Below, in pieces: positions 1 through 12,700 of a stretch of DNA of 64,000 bases. The notes below the pieces were generated by a model. That model had not been told where the DNA came from, made no database searches, and saw only the letters and a list, made by a program, of their open reading frames with translations. Made by a program: the position numbers and the translations under genes. Positions within the stretch are counted from its first letter, which is position 1. Each line of letters starts with the position of its first letter. The DNA comes from Tubiluchus corallicola (taxonomy: Eukaryota; Animalia; Priapulida), in contig JAQGDQ010000049.1 of NCBI GenBank assembly GCA_030141605.1, forward strand, positions 434,001 through 498,000, written 5' to 3'.

Positions 1-900
1 CAAACCATTCATATAGTTGCTACTGTAATCGTTCTCTATTTAAACGATGGGCTTAGGCTAATAGACATAATATTTAATAAATTACTATGCTGAAGAGAAT
101 GACTGCTGGTGTTACAAAAATGACCATGCATTTTATAATTTTCCTATAGAAAAGTCTGAAAAATTGAAGTTTGAAATAAATGTTTGTCACTTTGCCTGAT
201 GTAAGTATTTTCAAAAGCAACCAAAATCATGGCCCAGATCTTTGTCTTTCCAAAGAGCTATAAACTTTTTTGGCAAAATTTAAAAAAAAACTGGTGGGTG
301 GATTTGGAAAAATCCTGAATGAAGATGCCATGACATCCCATAAAACCTAAGTAAGCACACAACTTCTACCAACAAATGACTATCCAATCGTTACCACCTC
401 GATCTTAGGCTCTTTCCTGTTCTCTCAATAAGTGTTGAGAGAAATAAATAGGCAAACTGCCTAAAATGAGTTTTTCATTTCTTGTTCCTTTTGATAACTA
501 ATATATAAAAGTAAATCACACTGCAAATAGAAACCTTTTGTTTGACGTAGGAATTCTAATCACAGACATTAAATGTAGAATTGTAATATCTCCATTCTTA
601 ATGTACTAACAGATATACAGTTTTGAAAACTCTAGTTCAAAGAATACGCTGTTGTAATCTTTACTTTTATTTTATTTTAGTTTTTATTCTAACATTATTT
701 CTTGTTTTTTGTTTCTGTTTGTTAACCATTTACTAGCCTGTCTTTCTATAACATAGCTTGTTGTGCCTTTGCTTAATCGACACACTATGCATTGTGCTAA
801 GGTATCCAAAATAGGCACTACGCAATCACTTTATGAATTTGTTACAGGAATCCATGACAAATCTGTTAATTTTTGTGCTACCTAGCTTATTTTTTTATAG

Positions 901-1028
901 AAATCACCGGCAAAGCAACTGAGTCATTCGCTGAGAAAGTCTTTCCGTTGTGTTCCATCAAAGGGCGATTCTGAAATACCGAGATTTCCTGAGACCCCAG
1001 AGCCAAAACTGGATCTATCTAACATTGT
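901..1028 (+). CDS. Dyb: Dystrobrevin exon (post-ZZ linker): KSPAKQLSHSLRKSFRCVPSKGDSEIPRFPETPEPKLDLSNIV
   Basis: ttttttatag acceptor, GT|gtgagt donor; resembles vertebrate KSPAKKLTNALSKSL...FPDQPEKPLNLAHIV; phase 0 to 2. Confidence 0.95.
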
Positions 1029-1146
1029 GTGAGTAGTGATGTTGCTGTCAAACTGCCAATGTCACACAGACGTGGACGTAACCCATGAGGTGTGAGCCTT
1101 GAGGAGAAAAAGCCACCTCATGAAAAATGAACGTATGCTAACAAAT

Positions 1147-1621
1147 GGTCCTGTCACACTGATAATCCATTTGCCACCTTCCATCTACCACGGTTTGCCT
1201 ACCATAAGCCATCAGCCATAATCTTTGGTAGGCTCCTCGTAAAGTGCTTTGAGCAGTTCATAAGGTGCCTTACTGCGAAATGAATTCGGCCATTAACTTC
1301 ATTTGCCATAGAGCATTTGGGTCATTGCTAACACGCTAATTAGCATGTTTGTGGTTTTTACAGTGCATAATTCATTTATATCATAAGAATTCCTAACAGA
1401 ATGGTCTAATAAATATTAAAAAGCAATTTTTAAGCTTGACATTTCACTAATACTGCAGTTAGATACGTGCATTGCCAAAACGGATCATAGCAAAGCGCCT
1501 TACTGTTTACAGAGAATAAGGATGATACATGCCTTATGGAAGGTGCAAGACACCTTGTGCCTGGCTTACGGATTATGGATTATGGCTTGCTCCTTATACC
1601 TTTCTCTGTGTGACATGGGCC
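1147..1621. mobile_element. Degenerate PIF/Harbinger-like MITE
   Basis: Terminal inverted repeats ggtcctgtcacac / gtgtgacatgggcc; internal inverted motifs ccataatc / gattatgg and ccttccat / atggaagg. Confidence 0.5.
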
Positions 1622-1823
1622 TAAATGCTTGCTTGGGTAAATAAAAATATTTCGCTTTGAAATCAGGACACATAAGCCTTTTATAGTTATATAAAATAGT
1701 TGTCATAATGGTAAATGGAATCTGTAGTTTAAAAAGCTACAAATTTTCAACATTATTTCATGAAATAACAAACGATGAAAAAATAATTAGAATATAAAAT
1801 GATATGATGCTATAATTTTCTAG

Positions 1824-1934
1824 GCCTGTCACTCCTACTGCTGTGCGAAATGGCTTTGCACATGACAAGTCATTGAACCAAACTTTTGACATGTCTTCTT
1901 TAGATGGCTCTAGGTCTGGATCTGCTTCTAGGAG
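1824..1934 (+). CDS. Dyb: Dystrobrevin exon: PVTPTAVRNGFAHDKSLNQTFDMSSLDGSRSGSASR(S)
   Basis: ttttctag acceptor, AG|gtatgt donor, 111 nt, phase 2 to 2, open frame continuing the previous exon. Confidence 0.9.
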
Positions 1935-2477
1935 GTATGTTTTTGATTTTATGTAGTTATTACATTATAGCAAGTTTCAAGTAGCAAAAATGTTTCGTCT
2001 AAATTTTTGCCACACATCCTATCCACACCATGCATGACTGTACCACACCCGGAGTAATCAGGACAAAAACCTGGTGACTCACGCTGATTCTAAGTCACTT
2101 ACTGAAAATGCGCCAATAGCAGAATTAGTGTTCAAGCAGAAATAAATATAGTTTGATTAGGTAAACAAAGAAAGATCTTTTGAGACAGATACTTTGATTT
2201 CTCCACCAACGATTCTTTATTCCCCATCAAGACTTGTAGTTTGTTTACAAAGCCTTAGGTGAGATTGAGATATTGCAGGCCTGTGATTGGTAAGTTCAAA
2301 GTTTTAACTAGGACATGCTTATACTTACTTATAATTAACTTACAAATTGATCTGGAAACTTCCACAATATACCTTTTAAAGACATGTATGCAGTTAGTTC
2401 AGTTTGCATTATGGAATAGACAAAAAGCTTTGTTCTGATTTATTTGTAGTAAGTAACAGCAAAAAGGTTAACTACAG

Positions 2478-2529
2478 AATATTATTTTATATAAAACAAT
2501 GCAAAATATTATTTTATATAAAACAATGT
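2478..2529. repeat. 27-bp tandem duplication
   Basis: aatattattttatataaaacaatg twice. Confidence 0.85.
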
Positions 2530-2629
2530 GTTTTGTTAATGTAAACATTTAGCTCTGCCCTGGTTTCAATTTGTAATTATGAACTTTGCATGGTTGAACT
2601 GGTATCTCACTACTATTTAGTGTATTTAA

Positions 2630-3014
2630 AGGTATGGACAAGTCACTTAATACGTTCTGTTTATTGTTCTCACTGAAACTCTGGAAAAACTGTCTATTAA
2701 TCATAAAGCTAATTTATACTACCACTGTAGTTTATACTAGAGATTTTCAGGCACTGTGGTAGCCATAATTCACTTGAAAATTGTTACATAACGGGTCTAC
2801 TTCGTGATTTTTCAGAAGCGCATTATGGCTTTCTGTAAACACGCACGCTTAAATTAATTCAGACTTACATGGGCTTTCAAAATGGGATCGCCTATGTGTG
2901 AAACGATTTTACTAATTACAAGAGGCGCTCATCACACTTTCATTATTAGACCTTTCTAACATTTTTCGCTAAGATTAAAATAAGCCTAACTTCCCAGAAG
3001 GCTTGGCCTTTCCT
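2630..3014. mobile_element. Kolobok-like non-autonomous DNA element, copy 1
   Basis: TTAA-AGG...CCT-TTAA ends; both ends homologous to the copy at 4174-4365 (e.g. aaataagcctaacttcccag). Confidence 0.7.
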
Positions 3015-3809
3015 TTAAAACCAAGTGGAACCATATCTGGGTAATATAACAACTCATTTTTTTGCTTTGCTACGAAATCCTACTAAGCGACTTCAAACCA
3101 TGCATCGTATGTATGCAAAATAATATTGTTACAGGATTAGCTTAGGAAGTTCTTAGCGCACTCTTCATGTGTTGGATCATGTCTAAACGCAGTACAAAAA
3201 TTAATGGTGTGACTTCTGTTACAACTTTTATCCATGTTCTCTAAATGACACAGTTACATAAATATGAAGAAATAATTAGAAAAATAAATATTATAAGTTT
3301 AATTTCTTCACCAGTTCAAAATTAACTTCATTGTCACAAAAATTTGGTAATTCCACTTTTTCAAAAATTACTTTTCACAGATTTTGGTATGCCTGCTAGC
3401 AAAAATTATTAAATTTTCATTTAGTTTATGTATTCCGAAACACTTTCTTACTGCTTCACATTCTATTTTAATAAAGTTAAAGCCATTTTTGATGAGCTGC
3501 TTTACTTCCAATATACCCAGTTAAATGCACTTTTTATTCAACTGAATCTCATTGAAATGGCATTGTTCCAGTGATTATGATCGTTTTATCATTACATTAC
3601 GAAATTTTAACTAATTGTTTTAATAATAAATAACTAATTACTAATAATGATGGTAATTAGTTGTTTTAGTGTAAATGTAAGTTGCTCTTATATGTTGGAA
3701 AGGCTAAGGCACGCTAATATGAAAGAGTCAAATCTAAATTCCTGATAATTCTGGATGGTTGCCGTATCTCTGCTGAATGGTATTTGTGAGCACATTTTTA
3801 TTGTTTTAG

Positions 3810-3827
3810 CTACTGTTTATTACTACA
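3810..3827 (+). CDS. Candidate 18-nt dystrobrevin microexon (S)YCLLL(H)
   Basis: tttttattgttttag acceptor, gtaagt donor, stop-free in phase 2 to 2, matching host intron phase. Confidence 0.2.
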
Positions 3828-4173
3828 GTAAGTATTACTACTAGTGAAGTATGTTACATAATATTTACCTTGTATGTGAGTATATTCCTGCAGTTCAGAC
3901 TATAATCCTGCACTTAAAAGCAGCAGTTACTACTGTTGTGGAATGGATGAGGTAGATCAATAATCTAGTAATTGTGAAGTATAATGGTTTAAGCCCAGGC
4001 AGTGAACTGGTAGCAGTGTAAAGAGATGTTTGTAGGCTTATGTCTTTTCTCAGTTGGTGGCAGTACAGTATAGTTGAAACTGCCCACAGGTCACCCATCC
4101 TACTTTCATATCCAAGCATGCATTGTGAGCACTGTTTGCTCCACTTGCTCCATTAGTTCAGGAGAAAACTTAA

Positions 4174-4365
4174 AGGAAAGGACATGTCTCTTAGCATGTT
4201 GGGTTTATTTTACTCAAGTATGAGCGTTCAAATATAAAATCATCGCGACTTTAAAGTGATTTTATTAATTACACGAGGTGCTTATCACAATTTTACTACT
4301 AAATCCTTCTAACATTTTTTAGTAACTTTGAAATAAGCCTAACTTCCCAGGGTTTAGCCTTCCCT
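4174..4365. mobile_element. Kolobok-like non-autonomous DNA element, copy 2 (internally deleted)
   Basis: TTAA|AGGAAAGG ... CCTTCCCT|TTAA; same family as 2630-3014. Confidence 0.72.
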
Positions 4366-5272
4366 TTAAGACGTGAACACATAATAGTGTTTTTGTATAT
4401 ATTTTGCAAAATCTGTTGTTGAAAATTGCGTTGTCTCTGTGGTTTAATCATTAATCATTAAAAATAAGTTTCAACATCATGTTTTGTGGCTGTTATAGTG
4501 TTTAGTATGGCAGGTTTCTACTGAATGCAATTTGTGAAACTGAGCATCGCAAATGAATCCGTTGTGATAAAGCAATAAAAACTGGCAAACTAAAAGCAGA
4601 AAAAATTAATCTGGGTGACGTATAGGCTAGGAAAATTGAAAACGCTCAAATGTGTTCACTAATTATTATTCACTCAATCACTCATTGGACAGCATCGCTG
4701 GCATTTCTACTGCACATATTTGATTAAGATTTTATCGATACCGTGATTAGATTTTTAATTTTCCTTGAATTTGCACCTCGAGTTGACATCTTGTCCGCGA
4801 AGCACTTGCACGGGATTAATAACAATGCGTAAAAGAGCAATTTCTCACCATAAAGAATCAACCTGCAAAGATTAATTGCATTTAAGCAAAATCTTTAGTC
4901 AGCTGGTGCATAATAAAGCGAGTAATTAAATTTTTGCCAGGTCACCTTCGACAAGTTTGCCGGTCTCCTCTTTTTACTCGGAAGTAAAATGTCGTGTTTG
5001 CACTTTCAAAGGCGTCACACTGAATTTTGCTAGAAAGACCTTCAAATGACAGTCAAGCTGTAATTTACTAATTGACCAAGCATTCTTAAATGACAGTTGT
5101 ACACACGAGTTGCTATGAGCGAGAAAACAATTACACCTGGTAATGAAAAACCTGCTCACCATAAAACAATTGGTCATGATCTAATTTCTAAAGTAATTAG
5201 TAATTTGCATTTGTATCACTCATTTGCACAATGAAGCTGTGTGTACTAAAAGACATCTCGCTGGTTTAAACC

Positions 5273-5277
<5 letters not shown>

Positions 5278-5305
<28 letters not shown>
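5278..5305. repeat. (TA)n microsatellite
   Basis: Direct reading. Confidence 0.95.
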
Positions 5306-5309
<4 letters not shown>

Positions 5310-7679
5310 TGTAAAATGTAAGATTTAATATAAATATATATAAAAATTTAAATGTAAATTATATTAAATATAACTTGTAAATGTAAATATAAATTTAATA
5401 ATAATATATAAAAATAAATGTTAAATGTAAAATGACTTGGAAAGCTAAATATACATATTGATTTTCTAACACCTTTGCTTTCACAGAGATATAATGCTTT
5501 TTCAATTTTAGTCCATTTTATTAGTGTTTGATTCATTCAAGTTACATTATTGTGTGCATTTTAATGAGTCATTGCCCTAAATCATTAATTCCTTAACTAC
5601 AAAAAGTTCTGGCACAACAGTTATTGTACTGGAATAAGATTAAGTATAGATTATAGTTTCTCATTTTCTTTGAAATTATTAGTCAAAGATGTAACAAAAT
5701 GTCTCTGTAAAATATTCATAATAATGTCCTGTGAGACCAAATTTGCTATAAATGCCTTAGAGGCTTAGTGCATCTGATTTACATCATATCATGAAATTAT
5801 GTGAAAAAGAGTTAATTCAAATTGTATTTCCCAGCGAAATGAAAATAAAGAAGCTGTTGTTAATAGCAGTACGGAAGGTTTGAAGTTCTTTGGCAAGGCT
5901 ATCAAAAGAATTTAGAAATGACCTTTTAATTTGTTATGAACAAGAGTTATCGTCTTTTGGTTCAAAGAAACCTGTGTATTTAGGTTGCTGTTTTATGTCT
6001 GTTGTCAAAAAGCTAGTGTCTTGTCTCTAGGACGTAAGAGTTGCTAGGATGTTCTGCAGGATATTTTTGTTTAGCCTTGGTATAAGGCCTGTAAAGCGTA
6101 TCATTCACTTAATATTAATAGTGAATGAATTTGTAGGTATCTTATTCATGTTGCCAAACATTCTGTACGGTATGCAGTTCATCTTGCTCCATACGCGGTT
6201 GATGTGTTCTAATTATTTTGCAAAAATTCGTTCTAGCTGGTGGCTGTTTATAGAATGATCAAATATTGGCCTACTAAACACTGGACAAATACCAGTTCTT
6301 GTACTTTGGGCCATTATGAACAGAAAACTGTTTACCATGTACACATTATATGTTACTCTCATGCCTAGTTTGCTCAGAATAGGCAATGAAACATTAAGAC
6401 TGTGGTGCCTACTGCTACTGCAAAGATTGTTTGGCAGCTTGGCAGACTGGTTGGATGGTTTGGCTTCTCTTTCAGTTAATCAAAACAATGGCCAGGTATG
6501 TATTTCAGATTTTTGCTGCTTGATCCTAACAGTTATCCTAGTGATGCTGTTAAAAATGATTTTCTTTTTTGGACTAAAAGAACAAACGATTTTGCTGTGT
6601 TTTGCTTAAAGGGGAAGAAGCGGCAATTTTAAACTGTGTCCCAAAAACACAGCTAACAGTCATCAGGAGTGGAATAAGCCACAGTATGTAGGTGATATAA
6701 AATTTTCAACACCAGATTTTTACCTTTATGTAAGTAAAGGGTTTTTTATACTTTAACCATTAATCTTGCTACTTGTGATTTAGTTGGGTTATATCCATTA
6801 GGTAGCATTCGTCAAAGCTTGACTCTAATCATTTTGCAATTTTGCTACATCAAAGCTTGGTTAACCTTATCTAATCCAGTATATTTTAGAAACATCAAAG
6901 GTTCGGTATCATTTATATTTCAAAGGCACAGAATTCATGAATTGCTGTTATTTGGGGAATGCCTAAAATGTCTTTGATTAGCATCTGGATACCTGTACTT
7001 TGTTCAGTCGGTTTCTCTGTTTTTCTTTCTGTTTAGCTGTCTGTCACTCTGGTCATTCTTGACGCTATCTAGAAACATGCTAATATCATCAAACCTGCCC
7101 TGTTTTTCGTAATTTCTTCTTACTTGGATTGAATATGGAGACATTAGGTCAATGTCAGGGTCTTAAAAGGTAGTTAAAAAGACTTTGATACCTATATTTT
7201 ATGTGTTATTGGCAAGAGAAATGAGAGAGTGCAACACGTGACAGGTGTGTTCACGTAGAAAATCAGTCATGCTAAAGAAGCCTGTATACCTGACATGAAT
7301 AAGGGAGATAAAAGTCAAATTTGTGAACCTGGTTCTATGTTGAAGGCTGTTTTCTTGTTAAATTTGAGCATTAGTCCAGTTCCATTCTGATATAAAAATT
7401 TGGAACATCTTAGTAGTATTATAGCACTGTAATAGATTATGGTAGATTATAATTAACATTACGTCTTCGTTAATTAGTGCAGAATTATTTTTTTAAAGTT
7501 AAACATTGCCATTTTTTGTTAGCTTGGCGGAGTAACTTACCTAGGCATCTAATTATAATTGTAAGTAAAACATGACTCATTATTGTAAGTAAAACAGCCA
7601 GGCTTACATGAAGCAATAATCTGGGTTGATTTGATTGCAGGAGAATATTCCCGAGAGCCCGAGACACTGCTTCGTATTT

Positions 7680-8250
7680 TTTAGATTGAAAATTTTCACA
7701 TAAGTTACTTAGTCTAGACTAGAAATTTCTCAGGATGCCTTCAAATAGAATATGTTTCACAAATTGCTTAGATTAGAAGTTTTTGTCATTATGAAGTTCG
7801 GAATAGAAAGCTTCATTTATTGCTCAATGAAGATGGTTAGTACTAAAAATTGGATAAACAGTTTCAGATGTTGCTTATAATACATTAGTAGTTTTCCCAT
7901 ATTGCTAAGGAGTAAGGATATTAAGAGATTGTGCTGATTTTGGTTTTTCCTTAATATAGAATAGATTTCCTCTGTCATTTATAATTGACTAGAAGCTTTT
8001 GTGTGACGCGTAGAGTAGAATAGAAGGTGTCTTTCATTGCTTACAGTAGCCTTTGCTTATTGGTTACAGAAGAATAGAAGATTTCACTCATTGCTTAAAT
8101 AAGATTAGAAACAGTAACATTTCGTGTAGTACTTGCTCATACTCTAGAAACTTTTACTTGGAATGCATTAGAAACTTGCATTTATTGCTTTGAATATCAG
8201 AAAGGTTTTAGCTAATGCTCATGCTGGATTAGAATGTTTTATTACTTGGA
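7680..8250. repeat. Highly degenerate minisatellite (tagaa...attgctt units, about 25-40 bp)
   Basis: Recurrent (a/t)tagaa and attgct motifs at short spacing. Confidence 0.55.
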
Positions 8251-9522
8251 CCAACTTCTTACTTGTGGCTTCTTATCACTCCCAGCAGGCTCATCTGATA
8301 CCGGGTTTCGTCTGTGAGCGGTCGTTTAATTCATGTTAATTAGGGACAGTAGGGAAAACGCCTGTACGGCTGTAATGCTTATTGACCGGGATATTCTGAC
8401 ATCATAATAACAGCCATCCACGCAGTACCATGCGACCACTGATACTAGTTCCAGTCTTTGGACGCTAGTGCAACGGGACAGTTTACTTTACTTTGCATAT
8501 GTCATTGTGCTATTATTATGAACAGGCTTCGCGTTATTTGCAGGTAGTAAAAGTAGCAATTGTATTTTCAGTTGTACTGCGTAGTTGAATGATTGGCACT
8601 GGTATTAAATTTTCTTTTTTTTTTGTATTGATGTTTTCGGTGACTGAACAATTACGTGTACCATGAATATCTGCATGTGTTTTACGCTGAAAATTTATCT
8701 GATTCTTGTTCATCGTCATCATCAATATCGTCGTCATCAACATCATCACCTTTGCAAATTAGATTTTGGTCCTTTGTGATCCTGTCTTGTGTTGCATATC
8801 AGTCAACTTTAAAGCTTTGTGTGTCTGTCCCTCCAACAATATCTGAAACCAGCGCAACCTGACATTCCTATCTATTTATCCGGCAGCCTTAGAGTAATGA
8901 AACACGTCAATTTGTGCTTCTTTAGTGTAGAAATAAATTGTAAAAATTGACACGTACAAGGCCATATCAGATCACTGAAGGTAAAAAGCTGCGGTTAAGA
9001 GTCAAAACTTAACTGCAAATGCCATCATTAATTTTCATTACGTAGACAGCATCTAGTATAGCACTATACTAGACTGATTAAGGAAACTGATAAAGGATGA
9101 TGGAGATCGATAAAGGAAAAAACAGATATGCAGATGAGAAGAGCAAACGGAAACACACGCACTCCTTCAGCTGATTTCCGAGCCTGGCTCTTTTGAGTAT
9201 TTGGTAGAGAATTTTTAGAGCAGACACAAAAGCCTTGGAAAGGTGTGGTAGCAATCAAAATACTGGAGAGTGTCCTGGTATGGCATAAAATACGATTAGA
9301 CTGTCGTTGTTATCTTAAAACCTTAGAATGGTGAAAATTTCATTACAAATCTGACAAGTTTGCAGTTAATGTCCGTGTAGAGATATTCAGCGCTAATAAT
9401 AGCAAGAGAAGAGAAATTCTCCTAGCTTATTCCTGACTGTTGATGAGATATTGGCACTTTGGCGGGGTGATCAGGGTCGCTGTGAACTGTATTGACTGAG
9501 CGTATAACCACTAATCTCCCAG

Positions 9523-9765
9523 TACATTGTTCATTGACGAGATCTCGTTTCGCTTTCCATATGAGCATGGAGAGCGACAGAGATCGAACATCTCGCATCT
9601 CTTTCACAGCCGCTGCGCAGGAAGCTGCGGCAGCAAAGATGAACGAGATGCTGCCTATTTAGTAACCAGGGTGAGAAGCCCTGTTGTTGTAACGTGCGAA
9701 CGGGAAAGAGCGCCAATGCGCCTCACCTGTGCGAGGTGTGATGACGATAAAGCCGACCTATACGG
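9523..9765 (+). CDS. Candidate alternative cassette exon of dystrobrevin (81 codons)
   Basis: ctaatctcccag acceptor, GG|gtaagg donor, 243 nt, open in phase 2 to 2 (the phase of the host intron); GC-rich island in an AT-rich intron. Confidence 0.5.
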
Positions 9766-12700
9766 GTAAGGGTTTCAACAGTGGTTTCCGTGTCACGTGA
9801 CTTCATCGTATGGACATAAATGCAATGTGGTCCATCGAATGGACAAGTTAAAGTTAGTGGTGCATTTGTGAGCTTAAGTACTGCGCGGATATTGGGTAAA
9901 AAGAGTATGGCAGCTGTCGTATGTGAAATGGCACAATGAAATTCATTAAACATTCTCTTATTTTTGCCAGTTAAGAAGTTGAGATTTGCACATTCAAATC
10001 ACAGGATGGCAGTTTAGAAAAGAGTATTTTGACCGCTTCGTGAAAAAAGTTTGTCTTTTATGTGTATTTTCTGTATATATTTTATCTAGGTTATCTTATG
10101 TACTTACATCTCGATACTGTTTGGACTTTGCTTTACCTTTCACAATATGTTAGTGAAAGAACACATACTATTTTTCAACTATGTGAATTTTTTTTTAATT
10201 TCTATATCTGTAAAATAGATTTTTTGTGTAAAAAAAGATTTTTTTGTAACTTGATGTTAACTTGTTCACGGTGTCTGTTCCGAAATCCTGTTAAAACAAG
10301 GCATTGAAGTAGCATTTTTGGTCATGTATAAGTAGTCCTGTGATCACTGTGACTCTCATGATAATGTGCACGTGATATATAAATTTTTCTAATTTACCTT
10401 GTTTAGTGTCTTCTGGCATATACATTAGTTCTTATGTTTAGTTCATAGTCTTCATTATCATTATGGTCGTTATCGTCATCGTGGCCTACGAGTGTCATCT
10501 TCTTGTTGGCAGATCATAGTACAGTGTAACTTGACATGAAAGCTTCTGTGATCCTTGTCACAGCTACAGTAGCACATACTGTAGTTTCTAGGTTATCGTG
10601 AACTTTGATCTCCATTCATCATTGTCATCGGTTATGATGACTACCATGATCTTGGGCTCTGTAGCTTTCTTGGGGATCGCTGCCCGCTATTGTGACTATG
10701 TAGCACTTGCTTTTAACACTCTCTGTTCGTGATCATTATGTGATAGTTTTTTATCCTGTGCAATTCTTCTTGAATGTACGTGCTTATTCCCACATCGACA
10801 TACACCTTTGTTTTTAAGTTATTCTGGTTGCTGCTATCTTTGCCTTTTTTATTTTAGGTCACGTGACATTTAGTTTCTCCTTGAAAAATGTCTCGTATCC
10901 AGATTGTTAACGTCATTGCTGCCGTCTTGATAATGGTCTGTGCTAGTTATTTGCTCAGCACAAATCCTTAATAGTGTGGAAATTGTGCTGAAATAATTCC
11001 TGCATCTCCAAACCTATTTAGGAAAGTGGCCATTAGGTGTGCGAGCGCTAGAGTGTTATTGACACAAGCTTATTGCTACTGTTGTTCTGCTTGCACCCGT
11101 GCCCGAGTTACTTTAGCAGAACAAAATCGAAAGGTGCTTCTAATATTAAACTTTTGAGCTTCATTTTCAATCAGCGAACATACTGTCAACATGTGTCAAA
11201 AATGACAACATGTGGTACTCGAATCCGGTTCTTGCGATATTTAAAACTTAATGTAAATCATTGTCAGTATTAACTTATTTCAGTACTGTATTAGTGACTG
11301 ATGCGACCATCAACTTCAAAGAATAACCCGGTACGATGCATTTATAAAACCCACAAAGATTGTCCCGGCTAATGAGAATAGACAGTGATCACGGTGGGTG
11401 CTTGATTGTAAAAGTTAAGCAGTGCCAAACCTGGTTTGTAAATGGATGCGTAACTGTCTGAAACTGCTTTGGACAGTTTGATTTTCAGTAATGCCTCCCC
11501 CCATTATTTTTCTCATTGAGCAAGGATGGTTTGGAATTCGGTTAGAGTTCGGTGTATCATCTGGGAACATTATTTTTGATAATTACTTAGATTCCAGTCT
11601 GTCACAACCACATGACAGACTCTGTGGCTGAATACTGGCTTGCAGCATGTTGATCTATATAAATGTAATTCAAAGGAATCTGCCACGAGTATTTACTTGA
11701 ACATCGTTTTTGTTACGGATTTCAACAAGTCACTCAGTGTCACTTTGTGCCAGTAGGCAACTAGACCTTCCTTTATTTGTATTTATGATTTTGTGCCAAC
11801 TGTCTGTTGCTTACATTGTACTCTACCTAGTTCAAGCAGTGATGTGTTGCATAACAGTTTTTGTCTCCCCTTTGCTTACATTTTATAGGTACCAACTCGC
11901 TTTTCTATCCCCGTTTTGAGCTTGTGTTGAAGCTGTCTTTCGATCGCTTGACCATTTTGATTGTCCTCTAGCTGTGTTTGTGCTTCTGCAGTCCAAGGGA
12001 GGTCTTGGATAGACCGTTATCGTATAACAGCAGCTGCTGTGAGAGATATATCAGTACGTCTGCTTAGAAACTGTGTAAACTGAAATCGATAAAACCTGTT
12101 GTAAGATAAGAACTAGGCTTATTGTGAAATAGCTTTAAACCCGAAATTGCTTTAGACAAAGCAGAGAAATTACGTTTTTTTGCTATGAAGGAAGCGCAAG
12201 GCGATATAATATCCGACCCGGGGAAAGGAAGAAAAGAGAAAGTTGTGATATCATTAATAAGGCCAATGTACTTACTACATTTTTAAATGCACAGTCATGT
12301 TCTACTGGATTTGCGAAATTTGTTGATTGTCTTTCTGGAAGTGTTTTTATTTGGAAAGGCTTTGTAAAATACGTTTTCTTTCTAGGTAAAAGAAAGGCCT
12401 CGTGGTTTACCAAAATTGCAGTTCTCTTAACTAGGTTTCTCTTTTCGAATATCATTCGTCTCATGACAAATCCAGTATCTACTCTCCAAGATACTAAGAT
12501 TAATCTAAAATTCACTACATTCTCTTGATGTTTAGACACTTTAAACGATTACTGAGGAGATTAAATACTTGTTGATCTCTTTGATCTCCATATTGTACTA
12601 TATTGTTTTTTTCCTTAAGTTTATCTGCAAATATGTACGCATACAGTTTTAATAAGCAGCTGAGCCGTGATTCCAGCATATTCATCAAGCATTAATCAAT

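Noticed and set aside
12183-12539. 118-aa minus-strand ORF
   Set aside because: No motif or splice context; composition looks like translated AT-rich intron
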